Of a stretch of 25,385 nt of DNA, positions 1 through 8,803 are shown in pieces. This DNA is from Chlamydiota bacterium (lineage in GTDB: Bacteria > Auribacterota > JACPWU01): assembly GCA_016196885.1 (NCBI GenBank), contig JACPWU010000015.1, positions 1 through 25,385 on the forward strand, given 5' to 3'. A model generated the notes under the pieces. That model saw only the letters and a list, made by a program, of their open reading frames with translations, ran no database searches and was not told the DNA's origin. A program made the translations under genes and the position numbers. Position 1 is the stretch's first letter. Each line of letters starts with the position of its first letter.

Positions 1-137
1 ATCATTAGGATGGAACCCTTATGTCATATTCTGAACCGAAACAAATCTTGAAGAGCCCCGTGCGGGAAATCTGCATGCGGGGATCCGTGAGGGTTCTACC
101 TTCTGATCCCTACAAGGACAGGAGGTAGTTCTACTCG

Positions 138-335
138 ATGAGAACAACCTTGCTTTTAAAAGATGATCTGTTAAAAGAAGCCATGCGTGCGACGGGGGTT
201 CAGGAGAAAACAAGGCTCGTCCATCTCGGATTACAATCCTTGATTCGAGAAGCTGCAACAACAAGATTGATTCGCCTCTATGGACGAGTGAAAAGAGCCC
301 AAACTCCTGACAGAAGAAGACGGTCATGCTTCTAG
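138..335 (+). CDS. vapB: type II antitoxin, VapB-like (ribbon-helix-helix type)
   Basis: 65-aa ORF 'MRTTLLLKDDLLKEAMRATGVQEKTRLVHLGLQSLIRE...' with a typical VapB-family N-terminus. SD 'aggaggtag' lies ~10 nt upstream of the ATG. Its 3' end overlaps the downstream PIN gene by 10 nt (ATG at 326), the usual translationally coupled TA layout. Confidence 0.7.
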   Translation: MRTTLLLKDDLLKEAMRATGVQEKTRLVHLGLQSLIREAATTRLIRLYGRVKRAQTPDRRRRSCF

Positions 336-703
336 TTGATACCAGCATCTGGATTGATTTCCTGAGAGGAAAAGAAAGCACCCAAGCCTTATCAGGCCTG
401 CTCAGTCAGAATCAAGTTGCCTGCCATTCTTGGATTGTAGGTGAACTCATGGTAGGACAGCTTGGGTCCCAAAGACGTCAGATTTTACACGACATTCATC
501 TTCTTCCTAAATTAGAAGAATATTCTTTGATGGAACTGTCAGACTTTGTTGAAAGAGAATCTCTTTATGCCAAAGGCCTTTCTTTCATTGATATCCAACT
601 CCTCTACGCCTGCCTTGTCGAAGACCATCTCTTGTGGACAAACGACCAAAAACTCAAGCTGACCTCGCATCACTATAAAATAGCATTCATTCTGTCAGCT
701 TAA
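326..703 (+). CDS. vapC: PIN-domain ribonuclease toxin VapC
   Basis: 125-aa ORF starting 'MLLVDTSIWIDFLRG', the canonical PIN N-terminal strand with the catalytic Asp. It is coupled to the upstream antitoxin. Stop TAA is at 701-703. Confidence 0.8.
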   Translation: MLLVDTSIWIDFLRGKESTQALSGLLSQNQVACHSWIVGELMVGQLGSQRRQILHDIHLLPKLEEYSLMELSDFVERESLYAKGLSFIDIQLLYACLVEDHLLWTNDQKLKLTSHHYKIAFILSA

Positions 704-881
704 CCCGCATTTCTCATCAGATTTCGTCGCGAGGAACGCCTGAGTCCGCTTTGGATGCGAGGAAGACGCTCCGCGCCATGCGAGGCATACTTTACAGTAT
801 GTTGAGCGTGGCCGACCGAGTCTGCACGGAGAGACGAGGCGGAATCGGCGTTCGCAGCAGAAATGTGATGAGAAATGCGGG
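704..881. mobile_element. MITE-like non-autonomous element, copy 1 (~178 bp, 16-bp perfect terminal inverted repeats, flanked by TTAA direct repeats)
   Basis: Left end 'cccgcatttctcatca' (704-719) is the exact reverse complement of the right end 'tgatgagaaatgcggg' (866-881). TTAA is at 700-703 and again at 882-885. The interior is ~85% identical to a second copy at ~14286-14460. No ORF lies inside. Confidence 0.6.
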
Positions 882-885
882 TTAA

Positions 886-2310
886 TTAAGATAAAAGAGA
901 TTCCAGAGTTTCCCGATTCCCCTGTTCGGTAGACCCTCTTTCCAAAATCAAGCAGCCGTGATCCTGGTATAGAATGTGATATTTTCCCCCTTCTGACATT
1001 TTTTTTAATTGTTCGTGATACTTTTTGATGTCTTTCTCACGGATAAAAATATAATCTGCCTGGTAGTGGCTCAGTTCCTCTACTTCCCAACACATGAGGT
1101 CCGCACGATTGGCGCAAAATCCGGCCAGCTCGCTGGGGCAAAGCAAAATCCCCTTTTTAGGAATATGCTGCGCCGCCTCTAAAATCCCTTCCCCCTCCGG
1201 GTGGGCAACGCGGTAGACACGATCATCGTATCTTCCCCACCGCAAAAAACCTCGATCCAGATGCCAGCCCAAAGTAACAGCAAAGAGAAAAAGGGCGTAT
1301 TCGAAAAAATAACCCCGTTGAGCCGTCTTTCCGCGCCTCACCCACTGAACCATTGCCTCTAGCAAAGCAACGGCAGAACAAGAAATCAAAGCCACGGGAT
1401 AATGTTTTTCCACCCTGTAAACCTCAGGGATTTTGGAACTCACCAATTGCATCAAGGCCGCGGACGGAATGATTAAAAGGGGGAGAGAGCCCCTTCTCCA
1501 GAAAAAGGGAAGGATGCTCGCAAAATACCAAAGAAGTGGCTTGGCGCGAATCCACAAATATTCAGGCTTAAAAAATTGATACTCCACCAAATCACGCACC
1601 GGTCCCCGCCTGGTAAAAAAATTAATCCCTCCCAGCCATTCGAACAAAAAATGAATCGCAAAAAAACTATAGCCAATGGCCAAGGCGGCAAAAAAATATC
1701 CCCCCTTCCACCGGTCCTTCACGGCAAAATAAAAAAGAAGCGGGGCTACCATCAGCCCTGAGTCTTCTCGAACAAGAAGGAGCAAAGTGAAAGGAAGCCA
1801 TGTCCATTTTTTTCGCAAAAGGAGGGTGTCATAAAGCCAAGGAACGAGAAAAAAATAAAGCCCAACACCATGAAACTCGCATAAAATAACGGCTTGCGTG
1901 AAGGGATTGGCCACGTAAAAAAGGATCAACGCGGCGGCCGTCTCTATTCGGATTTTTTCTCGAAGCGCTGTCTTAAAAAGCATGAGCGCACCCAGAAAGA
2001 GAAAAAACCACTGAAGGGCGACCAACAAAAAAGGGTGATCCCAAACCCAAAACAAAGGGCCGAAGAAAAGGAGGATGAACGACAAATGCGTGGAAAGATA
2101 GGTGTAATCTAAAAGATATTTAAACGGGGCCCCATGAGCGCAATTCCAAACCATGTTCGTGTATTTGCCATAATCCGAAAGAACAAATTTTCTCCAGGTG
2201 AATGCGGCATAGTCCCCATGAAGTAAAAGGACGAGAACAATCAGGCTCGCAAGAAGAAAAAAAATGGCTAAAACTTTTCGGAATCCTTCAAACAATCTTG
2301 ACCCTTGCAT
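886..2310 (-). CDS. polytopic integral membrane protein with C-terminal soluble domain (DUF2079-like, possible GT-C-type glycosyltransferase)
   Basis: 474-aa ORF with at least 10 hydrophobic helices in the first ~360 aa and a 'SDYGKYTNMVWNCAHGAPF' loop, then a hydrophilic C-terminal domain. SD-like 'aggggtaaagg' sits upstream on the minus strand. The family assignment is from memory only. Confidence 0.45.
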   Translation of the reverse strand: MQGSRLFEGFRKVLAIFFLLASLIVLVLLLHGDYAAFTWRKFVLSDYGKYTNMVWNCAHGAPFKYLLDYTYLSTHLSFILLFFGPLFWVWDHPFLLVALQWFFLFLGALMLFKTALREKIRIETAAALILFYVANPFTQAVILCEFHGVGLYFFLVPWLYDTLLLRKKWTWLPFTLLLLVREDSGLMVAPLLFYFAVKDRWKGGYFFAALAIGYSFFAIHFLFEWLGGINFFTRRGPVRDLVEYQFFKPEYLWIRAKPLLWYFASILPFFWRRGSLPLLIIPSAALMQLVSSKIPEVYRVEKHYPVALISCSAVALLEAMVQWVRRGKTAQRGYFFEYALFLFAVTLGWHLDRGFLRWGRYDDRVYRVAHPEGEGILEAAQHIPKKGILLCPSELAGFCANRADLMCWEVEELSHYQADYIFIREKDIKKYHEQLKKMSEGGKYHILYQDHGCLILERGSTEQGNRETLESLLS

Positions 2311-2461
2311 CCTTTACCCCTGTTGAATTTTTGAATATTCTCGGAAAGAAAGAGGGGGGTGTCAAGTTCAATACTTCAAAGATTCCTATAGAGAGTTTCT
2401 ATCCATGGAAACGAGCTAATTTTTCTTTACACCCTCCCATGTAAAATGATAGAAAAATTTT

Positions 2462-3442
2462 ATGATTCGGTTCTGGTCCTTGAATCCTCTCAAAAAAGAA
2501 TTGATTAAATCCATGTACGGGCACGGAGGCCTTTTAATCGCGATTTTGCTCTTCAGTCTTTTTCAACCTCACATGCCTTTTCGTCATGAAAAATATTTTA
2601 CGGTTAACCTAAGAAGTCTGGGCGGTTCCCCAGGACCCCTCACCGCCCCGGGCCCCAAATCTTCAGTTTTAAATTCTCCGACAGCACCTACGATTACAAA
2701 AACCGCCCCCATCACTCCCCCTACCAAACCTCAAACGCAAAAAGTACTCACGCCTGCCGCCCCTACAAAACCCCCAACAAAACCTGTGGTCCAACAACCT
2801 ACACCTCCAAAAGTCCAAACGCTTAAACCGCAAGCCAAAACTTTGACAAAGCCCGTCCCAAAAACAGAATCTAAGACCCCTAGCCTTTCAGAAAGACTTA
2901 AAAAAAGATTAGAGGAAGTAAAATCTCCTGAGGTCGCGTCTAGATTCAAAGAACCCTCTTCTGTGATGAAGAACTCAAGTCTGACAGCCGGAAAAATAGA
3001 CGCCTCCGCCAAAAATTATCATTTCGTGGAACCCGAGGCATGGTCTGAAGCTCAAAGGACTCGCGGCGGATCCCAAACCCAAATTTCTGCAGGAGGAGGT
3101 GGCGGATCCGGTGGCAAGGGAGTGGGCGGCGGGGGTTCTCCTGATGGAAAGGAATTTCCCTACAGTTGGTATTTAGACTTAATCCAAAATAAAATTACGA
3201 TGAACTGGAAAGAACCCGCGAAATCGCTTGCCCCCAACAATGATCTTTCGGCCATTGTCTCTTTTGAAATTACAAGCAAGGGGCAGGTGGAAAAAATTAA
3301 ATGGGCCGAGCGATCGGGTTTTTCTGCTTTGGATGATTCTGTCTTGGAAGCCGTCGAAGCCTCTATTCCGCTTCCGCCCTTGCCAGAAAACTATCCGGAT
3401 CGTAAACTAGGCGTCAAAATTAAATTTGAGCTTACACAATGA
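2462..3442 (+). CDS. TolA/TonB-family energy-transducer: N-terminal TM anchor, Pro/Thr/Lys-rich spacer, TonB-C-like C-terminal domain
   Basis: Hydrophobic 'LLIAILLFSLF' anchor, then a long 'PTKP/TPP' low-complexity rod and a Gly-rich stretch, then a C-terminal domain 'FPYSWYLDLIQNKITMNWKEP...LGVKIKFELTQ'. It sits immediately upstream of tolB-pal with a 4-nt overlap (ATGA), i.e. the tolA position. Confidence 0.7.
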   Translation: MIRFWSLNPLKKELIKSMYGHGGLLIAILLFSLFQPHMPFRHEKYFTVNLRSLGGSPGPLTAPGPKSSVLNSPTAPTITKTAPITPPTKPQTQKVLTPAAPTKPPTKPVVQQPTPPKVQTLKPQAKTLTKPVPKTESKTPSLSERLKKRLEEVKSPEVASRFKEPSSVMKNSSLTAGKIDASAKNYHFVEPEAWSEAQRTRGGSQTQISAGGGGGSGGKGVGGGGSPDGKEFPYSWYLDLIQNKITMNWKEPAKSLAPNNDLSAIVSFEITSKGQVEKIKWAERSGFSALDDSVLEAVEASIPLPPLPENYPDRKLGVKIKFELTQ

Positions 3443-4761
3443 GAAAAAACAGTCGTGAGTGGTGGGTGGTGAGTGGTGAGTTTTTTGTCGTCTGTATTTT
3501 GACTTTATTCTTTTTCACGAGTCTTAACGCTACAGAAGTAGAGCTTCAGATTTCTAAACAAGTGGGGCGTAAAATGGATTTGGCGCTTGCGTCCCCTCAA
3601 AATGTTACAAACTCTTCCAATGCGCTTCCCAAAATTTTTGAAGAAACGCTCAGTTTTGATCTAGGACAAAGCGGCTATTTTCAATTGATCAAAAATGCCA
3701 GTAACATCGAACGCATTGCCCGCGTAGAATCACCGGACTCTCTGGCCCAAGGACCCGACTGGAAAGCCCTCGGTGCAGACCTCGTTGTGAAATCGGCCTG
3801 TCAATGGAATGGAGAAACGGGGACACTTGATCTTTATGCCTTTGACGTTTCCACACAAAGAAGGGTTTTCGGAAAAAGGTATGCGCTCAACGAACCTAAT
3901 TTAAGAACGGCCGCCCACAATGGCGCCAATGATCTTATTTATCGCCTCACGGGAGAGAAAGGCATTGCAGGAACCAAAATCGCTTATGTCGCAGGCGGTC
4001 CCACCTACAAAGAAGTTTTTATCTGTGATGCCGATGGAAAAAATGTCCGGCAGCTCACACAAGACCACACCATTATTCTAGGTGTCAGTTGGCAACCCAA
4101 TGGAAACAAAATTTTGTACACTTCTTATAAAGAGGGACAACCTCGGATTTACCTGCATGATCTTTCAACGGGTCAACGTCAAAGATTCGCGTCTTATCCA
4201 GGGCTCAATGCCGCAGCCAAATTTTCTCCGGACGGCTCGCGTGTTGCGCTTGTTCTATCTAAAGATGGAAATCCTGAAATTTATATCAGTGATCTTCAAG
4301 GCCGTAATTTAAAAAGACTGACGAATCACCCAGGTGTGGATAGCTCACCCGTTTGGTCACCCGATGGACAAAAAATTGCCTTTGTCTCGGACCGCAGCGG
4401 GCATCCTCATATTTACATGATTTATCTTGCAAATGGTCTTCTGACACGGCTCACCCGTCAAGGAAGTTATAATTCGTCTCCGTCTTGGTCTCCCAAAGGG
4501 GACAAAATTGCTTTTAGTTCTGACATGAACGGCAGTTTTAAAATTTGTGTCTTGGATTTAAATGACGAAACGATTACTATTGTCAGCCAGGAAGGAGGTG
4601 AAGCAGAAGAACCTGATTGGGCACCTGATAATCGGCATATTGTGTACAGCTCAAAATTAGGCGGGGTCTATCAACTTTTTATTGTAGACACAGGGGACGG
4701 TCAAACGGTACGCTTGACTGCAGAAAAGAATCATTATTTAACACCGGCTTGGTCATTGTGA
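3439..4761 (+). CDS. tolB: Tol-Pal system beta-propeller protein TolB
   Basis: 440-aa ORF with a signal peptide 'FFVVCILTLFFFTSLNA', then an N-terminal TolB domain, then repeated 'SP(D/S)G.(K/R)IAF.S' WD40-like beta-propeller blades. It is followed 14 nt later by pal. Confidence 0.9.
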   Translation: MRKNSREWWVVSGEFFVVCILTLFFFTSLNATEVELQISKQVGRKMDLALASPQNVTNSSNALPKIFEETLSFDLGQSGYFQLIKNASNIERIARVESPDSLAQGPDWKALGADLVVKSACQWNGETGTLDLYAFDVSTQRRVFGKRYALNEPNLRTAAHNGANDLIYRLTGEKGIAGTKIAYVAGGPTYKEVFICDADGKNVRQLTQDHTIILGVSWQPNGNKILYTSYKEGQPRIYLHDLSTGQRQRFASYPGLNAAAKFSPDGSRVALVLSKDGNPEIYISDLQGRNLKRLTNHPGVDSSPVWSPDGQKIAFVSDRSGHPHIYMIYLANGLLTRLTRQGSYNSSPSWSPKGDKIAFSSDMNGSFKICVLDLNDETITIVSQEGGEAEEPDWAPDNRHIVYSSKLGGVYQLFIVDTGDGQTVRLTAEKNHYLTPAWSL

Positions 4762-4775
4762 AAGGGGGAGAATAA

Positions 4776-5321
4776 ATGCGTAAAGTTTTTTTGGGAATGT
4801 TGATGGGAATGGCTGTTTTTTCTTTATGTTTAAACATGCAGGGCTGCGCTAAGAAAAAGAAGGGCGTGATGTCTGATCAACTGGGCATGTCAGGAGAAGA
4901 CATGCAAATGGCAGCTCTCAAAGGGGAAGACATCCCCTTAACGGAACAACCCGATCTAGGCTCCTTTGTAGAACCGAACGACTCTTCGGTTTTCGCGGAT
5001 GTTCGTTTTGATTATGATCAATCGCAAATCCGTGATGATGCGCGACCCATTTTAGAGGGGATTGCAAAATGGCTTGAAGAACATTCTGGCATTCAGCTGA
5101 TGATTGAAGGGCATTGTGATGAGCGTGGCTCCAACGAATATAACTTGGCTTTGGGTGAGCAAAGGGGCCTGGCGATTCGTCGCTACCTGACAGGTTTAGG
5201 ATTGGATGCCGAACGCCTTCACACCGTAAGTTATGGCGAGGAAAAGCCTTTGGACCCCAGTCACAATGAAGATGCTTGGAGTCAGAACCGACGCGGGCAT
5301 TTTTTAATTTCAGCGCAGTAG
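4776..5321 (+). CDS. pal: peptidoglycan-associated lipoprotein Pal (OmpA-family C-terminal domain)
   Basis: Lipoprotein signal 'SLCLNMQGC'. OmpA-like domain 'FDYDQSQIRDDARPIL...GHCDERGSNEYNLALGEQRG...NRRGHFLI'. SD 'agggggag' is 5 nt upstream. Confidence 0.85.
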   Translation: MRKVFLGMLMGMAVFSLCLNMQGCAKKKKGVMSDQLGMSGEDMQMAALKGEDIPLTEQPDLGSFVEPNDSSVFADVRFDYDQSQIRDDARPILEGIAKWLEEHSGIQLMIEGHCDERGSNEYNLALGEQRGLAIRRYLTGLGLDAERLHTVSYGEEKPLDPSHNEDAWSQNRRGHFLISAQ

Positions 5322-5348
5322 AAAAACAGACGCTCGTATCTCGTCGCT

Positions 5349-5400
5349 CGTCGTCCGTCATTCGTATCTCGTTTTGACGGACGACGCATGGTGATTTTTC
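5349..5400 (+). terminator. candidate intrinsic terminator / stem-loop after pal
   Basis: Perfect 12-bp stem 'cgtcgtccgtca'...'tgacggacgacg' with a 14-nt loop, followed within 6 nt by 'gattttt'. It also contains the direct repeat 'tcgtatctcg' twice. Confidence 0.35.
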
Positions 5401-5420
5401 CCCCTTCAGCAGGTAAGCAG

Positions 5421-6065
5421 ATGAAATATTTTTTTCTAGCTTTTTTAATCCTCTTCCAATCCGGTTGCGCCATCAATGATATTGCGACCAAAGAGGATGT
5501 CACCGAAGTTCAGGGCCACCTTCAAGCCAGACAGACTGATTTGAGTGAGGAAATGGTAGGGCTCAAAAGAAAAACGGCCCAGCTTGAAAGCGATCTGGAA
5601 GAAATATCCAGAGGGTCCAAGACACTTGAGCAAAAGCTTTTCTCACAGCAAGAGGCTTATGCAAGCGAGCTAAAATCTCTCGAACAAAAAAATGCAACGC
5701 TACAACAAAAAATTTCCGAATTGCAGGGAAATTTTTCGAAAGTAGACACTCAGTTCCAAGCTCGGGCAAAAGAAGCCCAAACACAAAGGGCGTCTGATTT
5801 AGCAAAAATGGATGAAAAGCTAAAAATTATTTTGGAGGAAATCTCCAAAGAAAATGAAAGTCTGCACAACGAGATTCGTTCTATGAAAAAAACGCCCATA
5901 CCCTCTCTTCAGGAAGGTGATACCCATACAGTTCAACCTGGAGAAAGTCTCTCTAAAATTGCGGCTTCTTATGGTGTTTCGAGCCAAGCCCTTGCACAAG
6001 CAAACGGAATTACCAACGTTCATTCTGTTAGAGTGGGACAAAAACTGAAAATACCGAAAAGATAA
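5421..6065 (+). CDS. lipoprotein with long coiled-coil and C-terminal LysM domain (occupies the cpoB/ybgF-like position after pal)
   Basis: Lipobox 'LILFQSGC'. Heptad-rich Q/E/K/L middle region. C-terminal '[44 protein letters not shown]' is a LysM motif. SD 'aggtaag' lies upstream of the ATG at 5421; the ORF track's 5388 start is a non-SD upstream Met. Confidence 0.7.
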   Translation: MKYFFLAFLILFQSGCAINDIATKEDVTEVQGHLQARQTDLSEEMVGLKRKTAQLESDLEEISRGSKTLEQKLFSQQEAYASELKSLEQKNATLQQKISELQGNFSKVDTQFQARAKEAQTQRASDLAKMDEKLKIILEEISKENESLHNEIRSMKKTPIPSLQEGDTHTVQPGESLSKIAASYGVSSQALAQANGITNVHSVRVGQKLKIPKR

Positions 6066-6169
6066 TCATTAACATGGTTTAAGCTTTGAAAGGTTGGTCA
6101 TTGGTTATTGAAAATTGATTTGTCATTTGTGCATTGGGAATTTGTCATTTATTTTTATAGGAGAATATC

Positions 6170-6880
6170 ATGGACAACTTCTTAAGTCATATGAAGGACT
6201 ATTTGCAAGGCAACCCTTTAATCGCGATCATTGCTGCTTACTTCGGCGGCGTTCTCACCAGCTTCACACCCTGTGTTTATCCCATTGTCCCCATCACGGT
6301 CACTTACATCGGGGCGCGAGGAGAAGGGTCTAAAATACGAGGATTTCTCCTGTGTCTCACTCATGTGCTTGGGCTTTCAATTACTTACGCAACGCTCGGA
6401 GCTTTCGCTGCGTTAACGGGAAGATTCTTTGGGGATATTAGCACCAACCCTTGGGCCTTTTTTATCACGGGCAATATCATTCTGTTATTTTCTCTGAGCA
6501 TGCTAGGCGTTTTTAACATTCAAGCCCCCGAATTCTTGAGACGCAAAAATCCATCGCAGGGAAAAGCAAAAGGTCATTTGGGAGCCTTTGTCCTGGGACT
6601 TGTGGCAGGTCTTGTTGCAGCTCCTTGTACAGCCCCGGTACTGGGAGTCATTCTCACCTTTGTCGCTCAGAAGCATAATCTGACTTTAGGAATTTTAACA
6701 CTTTTCGCTTTTGCCTACGGAATGGGAACCTTGCTCATCTTGCTGGGAACTTTTGCTTCTTTCGCCACGGCTCTTCCCAAACCAGGCGCATGGATGGAAA
6801 GAATCAAGAAAATCTTTGGCTGGCTGATGTTGCTGGTAGGGGAATATTTTCTGATTCAATGCGGAAGGTTTATGATTTAA
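6170..6880 (+). CDS. ccdA: cytochrome c-type biogenesis / thiol-disulfide transfer membrane protein CcdA (DsbD-beta family)
   Basis: 236-aa, 6-TM protein with the two signature membrane-embedded Cys ('FTPCVYPIVP' and 'AAPCTAPVLG'). SD 'aggaga' is 6 nt upstream. Confidence 0.75.
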   Translation: MDNFLSHMKDYLQGNPLIAIIAAYFGGVLTSFTPCVYPIVPITVTYIGARGEGSKIRGFLLCLTHVLGLSITYATLGAFAALTGRFFGDISTNPWAFFITGNIILLFSLSMLGVFNIQAPEFLRRKNPSQGKAKGHLGAFVLGLVAGLVAAPCTAPVLGVILTFVAQKHNLTLGILTLFAFAYGMGTLLILLGTFASFATALPKPGAWMERIKKIFGWLMLLVGEYFLIQCGRFMI

Positions 6881-6995
6881 TAATTGACAATTGATAATAA
6901 AGGAAAGATCGATCTATTATTTCGATAATTTTCAATTATCCATTATCAATTCTCAATTATTAAATCTCAATTAGGTTTAAGAAAACGCTATATGC

Positions 6996-8753
6996 TTACC
7001 ATCCTCCCCCGCCACCCCCTCCAAATCCTCCTCCTGAAAAACCACCTCCTCCAAAACCACTGCCTCCAGACCAACCTCTGGAACTTGACGTTCTTGGAAC
7101 AGAAGTAAAAGTGCGGCTCGTCGTTGTGTTCATCCACAATAATCTTTGAGAGAAATAGGGCATGTTCCACGCACCCGCCCCTGCTGTGCGAAACCATTCT
7201 GGAGGCTGGGTATACAGATGCTCAAACACACGGGTCCATGATTTGGTTAAACCTAAACACATTGCAAAAGGAAGTAATTTTTCGAAAAGGGATTTGGTAT
7301 CCACTTTCTGAAACATCTCTTTTTCAGCCCTGGAAATGTATTCCTCCAAACCTTTAATCTCTTCTAGCGCAAGAACACCCTGTGCCGTTTTGCGCGGCAT
7401 GAAGCGGGCAAAAAGAATAAAGATGAGCCCAGACAAAAGACCCGCAATGAAAAGAGGCACACAAGGCAAAGTCAAAAACAAGATCTGAGGATGATAAATT
7501 CCTATGAAAAAAAACAGCAATCCGAGCCCTGCAATCAGATATCCTCTTGCCTTATACCGCCCCCTCACCGTTTTGGGAGAAGCTACAAAATACCCGCCCC
7601 TAACCAATTCCTCATAAATAGCATTTTGAATATTCTCCAAATGTAAATAAAGCCGATTTTGTAGTGACGAAAGTTTCCGCTCATTTCCTTCTGAAAATAA
7701 TACTTTCAATAAAATTTCTTCATGCCTTTTCAAAAGAAGTCCGTCTGCCTTGTCTGTTTTTCGAAAAACAAAGTCATCATCCGCGACTTCTGAAATGCTC
7801 AAATATCCTCTCACAGCTAAATCAACTAAGGTCGCGGTCACATCTCGTAAATCTGCCCTTTCGTCAATCAATGTTCCTACTTCTCCCGGTGTCATCCCTT
7901 TAGGAGGTTCATATGAAACAGCTATCGTACCTCGCCCTTGAGGATCTCGTCCCCTTTTTCTCCAGCTCATCCAGAGAAATAGAAAAGTTAAAACGGGAAT
8001 TCCATAAGGCCAATTGTCTTCCAAGAACCAGAACATCCTCTTCAAAAAATAAGGTCTTTTTAAAATACCTTTGGGTACACCCAAAACAATCGTCAATCCC
8101 TCATACCGAACCAATCGCCTACGAGCCCGATACAAAAGAGTGCGAGGATTTTCTTTTTGAATATCTACAGCAGTTCCATCTTGATTTTCATAAAGATTCC
8201 TTGTTCCATAAACACCCAAAAAAGCGGTGGAGGACAAATCCGTCTCACCCGTATCTTGAGGTAAAGTAATACGTGCCTGCACATGGTTCATGAGAACAGC
8301 CCAATCATTGCCCGTTACATTCCAATAAAGTTCATCGTGGTCTTCAATAAACAATATTGCATTTTCAATGCTATATCGCAGGGTATAAAAAATAACGCCT
8401 TCTGTATAAGCACTGGGATTGCCAATCTTCACATAAAGCTGACCCTTCTGAAATGAAGTCCAGTAGCGATCATTACTTTGAGAGCTGGTGACAGACAATA
8501 ATTTTGTCCTCAAACGAAGCGTATGGCCCCAGCGGGTCTGGTTGCGCAGTGGAATGTAACGATAAATCCCATGATGCGGATCTCCTGAAAAATCAGCCGT
8601 TATTTTTTCCTCCACAACCATTCGCCCACTTTGCTCAAGCTCAATATGAACATCAAAATCACGAATGGACCAACCAAAAGTCTTTTGAGAAGCAAAGAAG
8701 TAAAACAGTAAGAAAATCAAGAGTGAAAATATTTTTTTCAAGATAATCTCCAT
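6996..8753 (-). CDS. DUF2207-family membrane protein with Gly-rich C-terminal tail (LemA-associated)
   Basis: Signal/TM 'MEIILKKIFSLLIFLLFYFFA', a large extracytoplasmic domain, central TM helices, and a C-terminal 'GWSGGSGFGGGGFSGGGFGGGGGGGW' tail. Start is set at Met30 of the ORF-track model: the first 29 codons (8754-8840) are translation through a palindromic repeat. lemA lies immediately upstream on the same strand. Confidence 0.7.
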   Translation of the reverse strand: MEIILKKIFSLLIFLLFYFFASQKTFGWSIRDFDVHIELEQSGRMVVEEKITADFSGDPHHGIYRYIPLRNQTRWGHTLRLRTKLLSVTSSQSNDRYWTSFQKGQLYVKIGNPSAYTEGVIFYTLRYSIENAILFIEDHDELYWNVTGNDWAVLMNHVQARITLPQDTGETDLSSTAFLGVYGTRNLYENQDGTAVDIQKENPRTLLYRARRRLVRYEGLTIVLGVPKGILKRPYFLKRMFWFLEDNWPYGIPVLTFLFLWMSWRKRGRDPQGRGTIAVSYEPPKGMTPGEVGTLIDERADLRDVTATLVDLAVRGYLSISEVADDDFVFRKTDKADGLLLKRHEEILLKVLFSEGNERKLSSLQNRLYLHLENIQNAIYEELVRGGYFVASPKTVRGRYKARGYLIAGLGLLFFFIGIYHPQILFLTLPCVPLFIAGLLSGLIFILFARFMPRKTAQGVLALEEIKGLEEYISRAEKEMFQKVDTKSLFEKLLPFAMCLGLTKSWTRVFEHLYTQPPEWFRTAGAGAWNMPYFSQRLLWMNTTTSRTFTSVPRTSSSRGWSGGSGFGGGGFSGGGFGGGGGGGW

Positions 8754-8803
8754 AGAAAGGGTTGTAAAAGCTATTTGAAAAACAACATCCTTAACCCCTC
8801 CAA

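Noticed and set aside
1-137. Possible tRNA or small RNA upstream of vapB (hairpin 'ccccgtgc...gcatgcgggg')
   Set aside because: No cloverleaf, no T-loop (GTTCRA) motif anywhere in the window, and only a weak imperfect hairpin.
704-881. The MITE TIR contains CUGAUGAG...GAAA on one strand, reminiscent of the hammerhead ribozyme core
   Set aside because: GAAA follows CUGAUGA immediately with no room for stem II, and no plausible stem I/III or cleavage triplet is present. It is just the TIR sequence.
3050-3150. Gly-rich 'GGGGGSGGKGVGGGGS' stretch and upstream PTKP repeats in the TolA-like gene as a DNA repeat element
   Set aside because: They are in-frame low-complexity linker sequence typical of TolA/TonB spacers, not an inserted repeat.
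4918-5361. 147-aa minus-strand ORF
   Set aside because: It is entirely antisense to pal and has no SD; ORF-track noise. The same applies to 2731-3012, 13351-13638, 16312-17047 and other ORFs nested in longer genes.
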